NCBI GenBank assembly: GCA_018303825.1
Contig: JAGVXK010000018.1
Span: forward strand, 1-64,000
Direction of reading: 5' to 3'
Length of the DNA: 64,000 nt
Source of the DNA: Candidatus Pacearchaeota archaeon
GTDB lineage: Archaea > Nanobdellota > Nanobdellia > Pacearchaeales > GW2011-AR1
Below are positions 45,621 to 54,240 of this stretch, one piece after another. Every line of letters starts with the position of its first letter. The stretch's first letter is position 1. The notes under the pieces were generated by a model. That model saw nothing but the letters and a program-made list of their open reading frames with translations. It made no database searches and had not been told where the DNA came from. The position numbers were made by a program, and so were the translations under genes.

Positions 45621-46207
45621 ATTAAACTCTTTTGAGCAATTTCTTTTTTGACAATTTCCATATCCTTGTCCCATTCAGCAATCAAAGTTCTATTGTATAT
45701 AATTGCTGCAGGATGAAATAAAGGTATTAATTTTATCTTCAAGCCAAGAAAATCAAGAATCTTCACTTTCCCATGAACACTTGTAATCCCTAGTTGAGAA
45801 TCCATCTTGTCAACCTCGCCATTCGCAAGAAAAAATTTAGTAGCATAATTTCCCAAAGAACATATTACTTTTGGCTTCATCTCCTTTATCTGTTTGATAA
45901 GCCAGGGAGTATGCGCCTTTATCTCATCAATCAAAGGATTTCTGTTTTCAGGAGGGCGGCACTTCAATATATTTGTAATATAAATATCATTCAAAGAAAG
46001 ACCTACTTCCTCAAGTAATTTATCAAGATTTTTTCCGGCAACGCCGATAAAAGGCAGCCCTTGCTCATCTTCATTCCTTCCAGGGGCCTCCCCAATGAAA
46101 AGAATTTCTGCTTTCTCATTCCCTTTTCCTATAACAACATTCTTGCAATTCTTGCATATTTCAGTTGCCTTTGCAAGAGCAATTGGATCAATTCCGCTGT
46201 CTTCCAT
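45617..46207 (-). CDS. udg: Family 4 uracil-DNA glycosylase
   Basis: C..C Fe-S start, GEAPG..ED..G.PF.G, KCRPPENR, HPAA. Confidence 0.93.
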   Translation of the reverse strand: MEDSGIDPIALAKATEICKNCKNVVIGKGNEKAEILFIGEAPGRNEDEQGLPFIGVAGKNLDKLLEEVGLSLNDIYITNILKCRPPENRNPLIDEIKAHTPWLIKQIKEMKPKVICSLGNYATKFFLANGEVDKMDSQLGITSVHGKVKILDFLGLKIKLIPLFHPAAIIYNRTLIAEWDKDMEIVKKEIAQKSLI

Positions 46208-46241
46208 CCAAATTCTATAAATAAGATATTAATAAAATTTG

Positions 46242-46448
46242 CTATCTCACAACATTAGAACTTTCCCCTATTTTTCCCTTTTCTCTGTAGGGATTTCCCA
46301 ATCTTCGCGAAGCTTCAAGAATACCATAATAATTTTTAATATTGATTCCAGGACAAGTTCTCCGTATAGCTTCATGAACTGTAAACTCCTTATTGAAGTC
46401 GTATTCGACAGCTTCCAATTCTTTCTCGACACTGATAATCCTTGTCAT
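46242..46448 (+). CDS. Small hypothetical protein
   Basis: 68 aa ORF divergent from udg. Confidence 0.45.
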
Positions 46449-46485
46449 TCAATTTCAGAAATATACTGGTATATAAAATATTATC

Positions 46486-46525
46486 GTGACATCCTCCTAG
46501 CCCTAAACGGCTAGGAGGATGTCAC
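46486..46525. repeat. 40-bp palindrome built from IS200 right-end sequence
   Basis: GTGACATCCTCCTAGCC-CTAAAC-GGCTAGGAGGATGTCAC, 17-bp perfect arms; first 30 nt match the reverse complement of 68-97 at 29/30. Confidence 0.85.
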
Positions 46526-46610
46526 TTAACATATTTAATCGCTAATTTATTCCTTGCTCTGCAACAGACGTTTTAGATATCTTTAAGAACTTTGTTTTTG
46601 ATTTTATTTT

Positions 46611-46958
46611 ATGATTGTTGGGTATTTTGACAGAGATTTTTTTTACAGATTAGGCAATAAACACCCTGTGGTGAGGTTAAAGGCATTTGAGTTAAAAGAC
46701 AGAATACCTTTTATGGTTGCTGAAGGAAGGTTTTATCGTTTTAGAACTAAAGATGAGCTAATGGAAACTGCTGTAGGGTTAAAGGCTAATGTAATTGCTT
46801 CGGGAGCAGGGGGAGATGTTGGGAGCTATTTTTATTTCTTTAAAAAAGAAGGTATAATTGGGGCTGAAGATGATGAGGGGTCTCTTGATGCGCTTCTTGA
46901 TGGAGCAGGAAGGCCAGGACTGAAGAAAGTTGTTGCTGGAAATGTGGTTCTTATTTGA
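46611..46958 (+). CDS. Hypothetical protein
   Basis: 115 aa ORF, no recognised family. Confidence 0.6.
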   Translation: MIVGYFDRDFFYRLGNKHPVVRLKAFELKDRIPFMVAEGRFYRFRTKDELMETAVGLKANVIASGAGGDVGSYFYFFKKEGIIGAEDDEGSLDALLDGAGRPGLKKVVAGNVVLI

Positions 46959-46982
46959 TTAAATGTTCATGAAGAATTGATA

Positions 46983-48293
46983 TCACAATCCTAGTTTTTC
47001 CAATACCTTCCTTGGATTAAATATTTCCAAATCATCATAGCCTTGTCCGATACCCAAGTAATATATTGGTTTTTTGGTAACATAGCTAACAGAAAGTATG
47101 GCTCCGCCTTTTTCATCAATGTCACTCTTTGTCAAGATCGAACCATCAATACCAATAGCGTCGTTAAAAGTTTGCGATTGGGAGATAACGTCATTTCCAG
47201 TAATTGATTCACCGACAAAAATCTTGAGGTCTGGTTTGGAGACTCGGACAATCTTTTCCATTTCTTTGAGAAGATTTGTTTTGGTATACATCCTTCCAGC
47301 AGTATCTATCAGCACCACATCAACTTTATGTTGTTTAGCATACTTTATTGTGTCAAATGCGACTGATGCTGGATCACCCCCATAATCATGCATTATAATT
47401 GGGACATTTATTTTTTCAGCATGTGTCTTTAATTGCTCTATTGATGCTGCTCTGAATGTATCCCCTGCTGCAAGAACAGAAGAGATACCATCTTTCTTTA
47501 GTTTATGCGCTAATTTTGCTATGCTTGTTGTTTTGCCTGAGCCATTGATACCGAAAAAGAGGATTACATATGGCTCATTATTCTTATTTTTTTCTTTTAT
47601 TTGCTCAATTAGATTTGGAGGTTCAATTAAAACTGATAGGATTGCATCTTTAAGAGATTGGACTATTGTTTCTTGGATTTTATTTTTCTTTATTTCCTTA
47701 TTTACCAAGGATGCTCTTAATGATTCACGGATTTTGTCTACTGCTTCTAAGGCGGTGTTGTTCTCTAATAAGGTTATTTCAAGGTCTTGGAAGGCGTCAT
47801 CAAAGTCTTCTTCTTTTAACTTTGAAGTTGAAAGTTTGTTCGCTAATTTTGTGAAGAAATTTTCTTTCTTTTCGATATCTGTTATAATGATTTGCTCTTC
47901 TTTTTCTCCCTTTTTCTTTTTGCCGAAAGACCACCATGATTTCTTTTTTTCTCCTTTTTCTTGTTCCTCTTTTTGTTCTAGTTCTATATTTTCCTCTTCT
48001 ATTTTTGTCTCTGCCTCTTCTTGCTTTATTTCTTCTATTGCTGCCTGAACTTTGACATCTGGGGATGTTGTGTCTATGCCTTCTTGTTTAATATCTTGCA
48101 TGACTTTTTCTGTTGTTTCCCTTTCTTGTGTTATTTCTTCGATAGACTTTTCTTTTTTAACGTGCTTTTGTCTGACTTGTTTTTTAGCCTTGGCTGGCTT
48201 TGCCTTTTTTTCCTTCTCTTTCTTCGTTTTTTTTGGTTTTTCTTCTTCTTTTGCAAGCCAAGAAGAGAACTTTTTCTTTAAAGATTCAAACAT
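46983..48293 (-). CDS. ftsY: SRP receptor FtsY with charged N-terminal domain
   Basis: GINGSGKTTSIAK, DTFRAA, DTAGR, TKSD.D.KGG. Confidence 0.96.
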   Translation of the reverse strand: MFESLKKKFSSWLAKEEEKPKKTKKEKEKKAKPAKAKKQVRQKHVKKEKSIEEITQERETTEKVMQDIKQEGIDTTSPDVKVQAAIEEIKQEEAETKIEEENIELEQKEEQEKGEKKKSWWSFGKKKKGEKEEQIIITDIEKKENFFTKLANKLSTSKLKEEDFDDAFQDLEITLLENNTALEAVDKIRESLRASLVNKEIKKNKIQETIVQSLKDAILSVLIEPPNLIEQIKEKNKNNEPYVILFFGINGSGKTTSIAKLAHKLKKDGISSVLAAGDTFRAASIEQLKTHAEKINVPIIMHDYGGDPASVAFDTIKYAKQHKVDVVLIDTAGRMYTKTNLLKEMEKIVRVSKPDLKIFVGESITGNDVISQSQTFNDAIGIDGSILTKSDIDEKGGAILSVSYVTKKPIYYLGIGQGYDDLEIFNPRKVLEKLGL

Positions 48294-48344
48294 AATTATT
48301 GTAGAAATATCAAGGTTATAAAGGTTATTTTTGGGCTTGTTTGA

Positions 48345-48920
48345 TCAGACTCTTAGATTGTATACAAAGACTTTGTCATAAGGGATAAACCAGCTTGTTG
48401 TTTCTCTTATTGAAGATTTTTCCATTATTTTTCTGAATAATCTAATCGAATTACCATGAGCTGAGATGGCTACATTAATTTTGTTTTTTTTCATATATAT
48501 TTTTAGGAATTTTATGAATGATGCAACACGGGTTTCTACCATTGCGAAAGATTCTCCTTTGGGTGGCGGAACATAGAATGAGCGATGCCATATTTCAAAT
48601 TGTTCATTTCCATATTTTTTTATAATTTTATCATGAGAAAGCCCCTGTAATTTACCATAACCTCTTTCAATCATCCTGTCGTCTTTGATGAGAGTTTTGC
48701 ATTCAGGATGATATTTAAGAACTTTTTTGAGGGTTTGCTTTGACCTTTTTAATCTTGTATAAAACGCAACTTGGAATTTCCTATTTTTTAATATTTTTGC
48801 TATCTTTTGCGCTTGTTTTTTTCCTAAATTGGTTAAACCAGGATTGTGAAAGCCGGTAAATTTTTTATCTCTGTTGTATGTTGTCTGCCCGTGCCTAAAT
48901 AGATATATTTTAAGATTCAT
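48345..48920 (-). CDS. Histidine phosphatase / cofactor-dependent phosphoglycerate mutase-like
   Basis: LFRHGQT, ERGYG.LQG, PP.GES, AHGNSIR; ATG 48920. Confidence 0.88.
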   Translation of the reverse strand: MNLKIYLFRHGQTTYNRDKKFTGFHNPGLTNLGKKQAQKIAKILKNRKFQVAFYTRLKRSKQTLKKVLKYHPECKTLIKDDRMIERGYGKLQGLSHDKIIKKYGNEQFEIWHRSFYVPPPKGESFAMVETRVASFIKFLKIYMKKNKINVAISAHGNSIRLFRKIMEKSSIRETTSWFIPYDKVFVYNLRV

Positions 48921-49022
48921 ATTGTTCCCTTTTAATTGGATAATCTTTTGGGATATATAATAGTTATGATTAGTTTTTTGGAGAATAATCATTTTTATAA
49001 ACTACTTTTGTGCTGTATTTTT

Positions 49023-49580
49023 ATGCTAGGCTATAATGATTTGTATGAAATATTAAGAAAAGAGAAATATTCCGAGGTTCTGCAGCAATTGCCGAAAGAT
49101 TTTGTTGGCGATTTTTCTGAATATGTAACAGATAAAATACGCGAATCTAATAAAGAAGATGATTTATTTCAGGAGAACGTTATAAAGAGCAAGAAACAGC
49201 TTGAGAATTCGGTTGCTATTTTTAAGGAACTTATGAGGTTAAGGAAGAGAAAAATTCTTAGCTTGGTTTTTGTCGCTACAGAGACCGGAATAATGAAAAG
49301 AGATTATGAAAATATGCTTCAGACAGAAAGAGAAATTTTTGATAAGTTAGTTAAGGCATTTGAAGATGGAGATAAAGAGATGAATTCTATTTTAAACGGG
49401 AGAAAGAAACATGAGGAAAAAAACAGGATGATAATGTTCATCAATGATGTTGAGCAGTTTGTTGACTTAAACGGAAAAGTTATGGGGCCCTTTAGCGCCG
49501 GGGAGCTTGTTAACTTGGAATCAGAGGTTGCAGATATATTTGTGCAGAGCGGGAAAGCAAGTTTTGTTGATGAAGCGTAA
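49023..49580 (+). CDS. GINS complex subunit (Gins51-like)
   Basis: LYEILRKEK....LQ.LP..F helical A domain; GPF..GELVNL...VA B domain. Confidence 0.7.
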   Translation: MLGYNDLYEILRKEKYSEVLQQLPKDFVGDFSEYVTDKIRESNKEDDLFQENVIKSKKQLENSVAIFKELMRLRKRKILSLVFVATETGIMKRDYENMLQTEREIFDKLVKAFEDGDKEMNSILNGRKKHEEKNRMIMFINDVEQFVDLNGKVMGPFSAGELVNLESEVADIFVQSGKASFVDEA

Positions 49581-49616
49581 TCAATAAGTAAGGTTTTTAT
49601 AGGGGTTTTTCTTCAA

Positions 49617-49949
49617 TTGTCTATGGCAAAAAGAGCTGGTAAAAAAGAAGATGACTCTAAGCTGTATGCTTTTCTAAGTATTTTATTGACTGTAATAGGA
49701 TTTATTATTGCATATGCTGTCAAGAAGAATGACAAATATGTAATGTTTTATGCTAAACAAGGGCTTGTACTTTTTATAGGTTCAGTTATTATTTGGGTTG
49801 TATCTATGATTCCGATTATTATGTTTATCGCCTGGATTGCCTGGATAGGATGGCTTGTTTTGTGGATAATTGGAATAGTATATTCTTTGAGTGGGGAAAT
49901 GAAAGATATTCCTATCGTTGGAGTTTACGCTGATAAGTTTAATTTCTGA
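49617..49949 (+). CDS. DUF4870-family small membrane protein
   Basis: YVMFYAKQGL and .IPIVG motifs. Confidence 0.8.
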   Translation: MSMAKRAGKKEDDSKLYAFLSILLTVIGFIIAYAVKKNDKYVMFYAKQGLVLFIGSVIIWVVSMIPIIMFIAWIAWIGWLVLWIIGIVYSLSGEMKDIPIVGVYADKFNF

Positions 49950-50577
49950 GAATCCATAGATTTCTTTGTCTGTATTCTCTTTGAATGATTTTAAAGTGTC
50001 TTTGGTTTTCTAGGACTTTTTTGGCTTTTTTAAATTTCTTTAGTTTTGTTTCCTATCGTTGCTTATCAAATTCTTTGGAATTTATGTTCAGTCTTGGATC
50101 TCGATAGTTTAGGGGCTTTAATGATGGTTCCAAAATTATGATTAAGCTGTCTTTTTTTGAAATTCTTATCAACTCTTCAAGGGCTATATTGTGGTCTTTT
50201 ACAAAGTGCCAAGAAAATGAATAGAATATTATATCAAATTTCTTGTCAAAAGGGATTTTTTCAGCTTTTCCTACTTTGAATTTAACATTAGGTATTTTTA
50301 TCTTTTTTGCAAGCGAAATATATTCTTTGTCTAGATCTATACCATAATACTGTTTCACAAAGGGAGACAATAAGACTGCAAATCTGCCGTTTCCGCAACC
50401 AATATCTAAAAAGTTGCATTGGGGCAAGTTCTTATATTTACTCATTATTTTAATTAAATGGTTTCTAAGAATAATGTTGTTCTTATCAAGTTTTGTCGAA
50501 AAAAGAATATTGTTCATATAAAAGCCTCTAACAGGCTGAGAACTTTTTCTAAATCCCCTTATGGGATTTGAACTCAC
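49939..50577 (-). pseudogene. Class I SAM methyltransferase with premature TAG
   Basis: FLDIGCGNG and FDII motifs; after TAG 50053-50055 the same frame stays open for 37 codons to TAA 49939-49941. Confidence 0.6.
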
Positions 50578-50619
50578 GTTCTTTTACAAGTATAGTTTTA
50601 TTTATGTTTTCCTCTTTAT

Positions 50620-50850
50620 TTACTTTGCTATTTTGTAGTGTTTAGGTTTTTGCCCTCTTTCTGAGCGATCCGTATTAACATATTGTGCGTAAGCTCTTCT
50701 TCTTAGTTGTGGCATGGTATGCCCTTTCCTGTGGGCAATTTCCTGCAGATCTGCTACTAGTTCACTATCAACATCAATACATTTTTTTGAGAATAGTTTC
50801 CATAGATCTGACTCTATAAAGAAACTAACCTGCCTCTTTGGTACTGCCAT
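50620..50850 (-). CDS. Small protein with RHH-like N-terminus
   Basis: RQVSFFIESDLWKLFSKKC resembles ribbon-helix-helix beta-strand/helix A. Confidence 0.5.
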   Translation of the reverse strand: MAVPKRQVSFFIESDLWKLFSKKCIDVDSELVADLQEIAHRKGHTMPQLRRRAYAQYVNTDRSERGQKPKHYKIAK

Positions 50851-50922
50851 GTAGTTATCTACAAATCTTTATATATAAGTAAATACTAGAAACCTACATA
50901 TCTACATTAGTAGAGAGGTACC

Positions 50923-51702
50923 ATGACTAAATTAAGTTACGAGAAAAATATTCACGAAGATTACTATGTTAGAGAAAATATGGGGCAAGCTATAAGATAC
51001 AAATGGTTTGCTGATAAATATTTTAATAATACTAAAGGTAAAAAGATTCTTGAAATAGGATGTGGTGACGGTGGTGTTGTTCAATTTCTAAAAAAAGATA
51101 ATGATATCTATGCAGCAGATATATCAAAAAAAGGAGTTGAATTTCTAAAGAGAAAAGGAATAAAAGCTTATTTAGTAGATATTAGTGAAGAAAAACTACC
51201 TTTTGAAGATGGTAAATTCGATTGCGTAATAATTTTAGAAACTTTAGAACATCTAAAGTCGCCTCAATTTGCGATAGAAGAAATACAAAGAGTGTTAAAA
51301 AGAAATGGTATGATGATCGCTTCAACACCGAATCCCAGAACAACGCATAAACTTATGTATCCGTCATTATTTAGGTTTAGAAATTTTAGAAATTATCTTG
51401 AGAATAATAGATTTTATATAAAAGAAACAACAACTTATGGCATATGTCCCCCATTTTGGAAGTATTTGAGGTCTACTGTTGAAAAGAAATATCTTAAAGA
51501 TAAATCTAAATTAGTAAGTAAAGATGACAGCAATGTGACGATTTTATCTAAGTTAGCAAGGTTATTATCTAGTGATTTTTTCGGGATGATAAAACCAAAA
51601 ATTTATGGATGGAGCTTTATTTTTGTTTGTATTAACATTAATCCTATGGGTGCTAAGGCACTGTATACTGAAATTGCAAATGAAACAAAAAAGGCTTATT
51701 GA
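50923..51702 (+). CDS. Class I SAM-dependent methyltransferase (Methyltransf_11-like)
   Basis: ILEIGCGDG, LPFED..FD, LEHL..P..A..E..RVLK..G. Confidence 0.88.
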   Translation: MTKLSYEKNIHEDYYVRENMGQAIRYKWFADKYFNNTKGKKILEIGCGDGGVVQFLKKDNDIYAADISKKGVEFLKRKGIKAYLVDISEEKLPFEDGKFDCVIILETLEHLKSPQFAIEEIQRVLKRNGMMIASTPNPRTTHKLMYPSLFRFRNFRNYLENNRFYIKETTTYGICPPFWKYLRSTVEKKYLKDKSKLVSKDDSNVTILSKLARLLSSDFFGMIKPKIYGWSFIFVCININPMGAKALYTEIANETKKAY

Positions 51703-51769
51703 TTAATCTTTAATGTAATTATAAACCTCAATTTCTCTTCTAAAAATAAGAACGAAAGGTTTTTAAGAT

Positions 51770-52066
51770 TTAGTTATGTATGATAGTTATATACTCCCCA
51801 GTATTGCTTCGGTAAGACTGGGCTTTTAATACTCTTTCTTTTATATCTATTAATTGTAAAATAAAACCTTTATGATATCTGTCATGAAAATATTTCATAG
51901 AAATTGCTTGATTAATGAACTGTGAACGGATCTTTCCATTCTTCAAGCTTCTAAGATATCCTAAAGTCTCGCCATCCAAGCTGCACCTAAAACTTATTGT
52001 TGGTTGTAGTCTCATGCTGTTGGGCTTTTCCCTTTTTCTTCTGCCTCTGTATGCGTCTCTAAACAT
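51770..52066 (-). CDS. Hypothetical, RHH-like, possibly a degraded mobile-element gene
   Basis: SLDGETLGYL.......RSQFIN.AI pattern; C-terminus looks out of register. Confidence 0.35.
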   Translation of the reverse strand: MFRDAYRGRRKREKPNSMRLQPTISFRCSLDGETLGYLRSLKNGKIRSQFINQAISMKYFHDRYHKGFILQLIDIKERVLKAQSYRSNTGEYITIIHN

Positions 52067-52217
52067 TGTATTACACTGCTCCCCTTTCAGAAGTTACTTT
52101 TTTCTGCAATGAATTTTTTTCTTTGATTTTCATTGTTTTTCGTTCTTTAACGTTCATTTTTTATCGTTCTCTTGAATAGGACTAGAATTCTATTCCAATC
52201 CTAAAAAAAGAAGAAAA

Positions 52218-52460
52218 CTACAAGTCAAATCTCCCCTGCGTAATATGAGAACTCATTCCAGTCCTAAACTTGCAAGCAGCCCACAAGTCCTTTAGCAGTT
52301 GCTGCTTCGGACTGAAGCTTATGCAAGGAAGTCGAGAAACCCCTTCTTTCTTACATTTAATTAAATATGAAGAATTATCGTCTTTACAGACAGGGCAAAT
52401 TGTAACTCCAATTATGCACCCGTATTTTCTGCACTTTATTATTGATCTGCTCTTTTGCAT
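52218..52460 (-). CDS. Small Cys-rich hypothetical protein
   Basis: 80 aa with C..C and CP.C; next to the tRNA-Thr 3' end. Confidence 0.35.
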   Translation of the reverse strand: MQKSRSIIKCRKYGCIIGVTICPVCKDDNSSYLIKCKKEGVSRLPCISFSPKQQLLKDLWAACKFRTGMSSHITQGRFDL

Positions 52461-52524
52461 TTAGCCTCTTTTTGCAAAAGAACATATAGTTCACATCCCA
52501 CTTTGGGTTTTAGAAATTTCTCAA

Positions 52525-52615
52525 AGCCTCCAGAGGGGATTGAACCCTCGACCCTCAGTTCGTTTGGTCTTTGCGGACGTACAAAACTGATGCTCTACCA
52601 CTGAGCTATGGAGGC
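52525..52615 (-). tRNA. tRNA-Thr(TGT) with 19-nt intron at 37/38 (52561-52579)
   Basis: Acceptor GCCTCCA/TGGAGGC; BHB with central helix TTTG/CAAA, bulges TAC and CGA, intron stem GTC/GAC. Confidence 0.92.
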
Positions 52616-52698
52616 ATAATAGAACCTTAGTTCTATTATTTCTATAAAAGGCAAACGGTTAAAAAGCTTTTGTTTCTCTTAATTTTGCAGTTTATCAT

Positions 52699-52769
52699 GG
52701 CCTTATGGTTCAGTGGCAAAACACCTCTTTGACGTGGAGGGGTCCGCGGTTCGATTCCGCGTAAGGCCA
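52699..52769 (+). tRNA. tRNA-Val(GAC)
   Basis: Acceptor GGCCTTA/TAAGGCC; anticodon arm CCTCT-TTGACGT-GGAGG; T-arm CGCGG-TTCGATT-CCGCG. Confidence 0.93.
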
Positions 52770-52874
52770 TTTATTCTCTTTTTTCCTTTTTTGTTTTGTT
52801 ATCATTCTAAAGTATATAATAAGATTTATATAATTGTAATATATAGTTTGCATTGTATATATCAGAGGATAATT

Positions 52875-53345
52875 ATGAGACTAATAGTTTTAATTCTTTT
52901 CTTGTCTTTGATTTTTATAGGCTCACTTGTTATTGTTAATGCAAATGATATTCTTACAGTGGAAGCGAATATTTTTGGTTTAGAACCTCCAAGAATAAGC
53001 GTAAATGTGCCCGATTATATTTTTGTAGGAAATGCTTCGAAAGAAACTGAAACAGATAAAGTAAGAGTCGATATTAATAATACTGGCAATGTGGCGATTG
53101 TAATCAGTCCGGAATTAGTCAATGAAAGTGATGAGATATTTAGTAATTTATATTTTGCAAGAAGGGCTGCTGATAGCTATAAGAGGATTGGAAGCTGGAG
53201 CATGAATGTATCTGCCCCAACTGCTGGAGGAGTTGAGTCTGATTATATGTACATGAAATTAGATCTTAGGAATTTTGATGGGAATATAACTGAAGACAGG
53301 ATTGGGAAAAGGGCAGATGTAAGATTCATTGCAACAGCACAATAA
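52875..53345 (+). CDS. Exported beta-rich protein
   Basis: Signal peptide MRLIVLILFLSL...; start moved to ATG 52875 because the longer ORF overlaps tRNA-Val. Confidence 0.75.
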   Translation: MRLIVLILFLSLIFIGSLVIVNANDILTVEANIFGLEPPRISVNVPDYIFVGNASKETETDKVRVDINNTGNVAIVISPELVNESDEIFSNLYFARRAADSYKRIGSWSMNVSAPTAGGVESDYMYMKLDLRNFDGNITEDRIGKRADVRFIATAQ

Positions 53346-53388
53346 ATAATATAAATTAGTAAATTGTGACTATTCAAAGGTTGATTCA

Positions 53389-53997
53389 ATGGGGGAAATT
53401 AAAAATATTAAATTGATATTTATTTCTTTATCAATTTTATTCTTCTTTTTATTGCTTTTTGAATATGTTGATGCATTTGAAATGAGCGTTTCTCCCCCTT
53501 CAATTGACTTTAGCTTGGGAATTGCTCAAAGAGAGTGTATGACAATTGATATTTCTCTTAGTAAGCCAGGATTTGTATATGTTGGTGATTATTGGAGCGA
53601 AGAAGATATAAAGGATTTAGACTTTTATGTTTTTAATGCAAGGGAAATGAATCTTCTGCCTAATTACACTGAAAGGATGTTCATCAGCAGCAATAGAAGT
53701 GTTAATTTTTGTATTCTAGGAGCAGAAAATGGAATTTATCGCGGTGTTTTAACTGTTGAGCCAGAAAATAGAAATCTCAAAGTTGGAATCTGGCTGAATG
53801 TTAAGATTAGCACAGAGAAGGATAACAATATTAGTGAGCAGAATTTTAAGAGTATAACTGGCAGTATAGTTAGTGGTGATAATAAATTGGATTTTGGCAT
53901 CATTATGCTTTTCGGGATGATAATTGTGAATCTTCTTCTGCTTATTCTTTTGTTTTTATTGTTTAGGCTGAAGAAAAGAAGAATAGAAGAAGTGTAA
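53389..53997 (+). CDS. Exported Ig-like protein with C-terminal membrane anchor
   Basis: Signal peptide, F..SVSPPSI.F start, ITG motif, C-terminal TM and basic tail. Confidence 0.75.
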   Translation: MGEIKNIKLIFISLSILFFFLLLFEYVDAFEMSVSPPSIDFSLGIAQRECMTIDISLSKPGFVYVGDYWSEEDIKDLDFYVFNAREMNLLPNYTERMFISSNRSVNFCILGAENGIYRGVLTVEPENRNLKVGIWLNVKISTEKDNNISEQNFKSITGSIVSGDNKLDFGIIMLFGMIIVNLLLLILLFLLFRLKKRRIEEV

Positions 53998-54105
53998 AAG
54001 GTATAAAATAGCAAGATATAGTTTAGTTAGTTACTAAGTAATTAATTTAATAAGAAAGGTTTTTATACTAATTTATCCAGTATTTTCAGGACAAAAGAGG
54101 CCCAA

Positions 54106-54240
54106 ATGAAGAAATATCTGCTTTTAATTGAAGATGAAAGCCTATGGGAAAGATTTAAAGAAATAATTGACCGAGATATAAATAGTGAAATAATGAATTT
54201 AATCAAAATCAAGATAAAAAATGGCAAGGAGAGGAAATGA
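54106..54240 (+). CDS. 44-aa RHH-like regulator (not in ORF track)
   Basis: MKKYLLLIEDESLWERFKEIIDRDINSEIMNLIKIKIKNGKERK*; ATGA overlap with 54237. Confidence 0.65.
   Translation: MKKYLLLIEDESLWERFKEIIDRDINSEIMNLIKIKIKNGKERK

Noticed and set aside
38990-50055. Stop-codon reassignment or read-through
   Set aside because: The in-frame stops are of three kinds (TAA, TGA, TAG), two of those genes have further lesions, and all three codons end intact core genes.
50551-50590. tRNA-like fragment (minus strand GTGAGTTCAAATCCCAT) as an att site
   Set aside because: Poor match to the tRNA-Thr 3' end, spacing wrong for a tRNA half, and explained by a local AAATCCC/GGGATTT hairpin.
52713-52874. N-terminal extension of ORF 52713-53345
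   Set aside because: Overlaps tRNA-Val; the signal peptide starts at ATG 52875.
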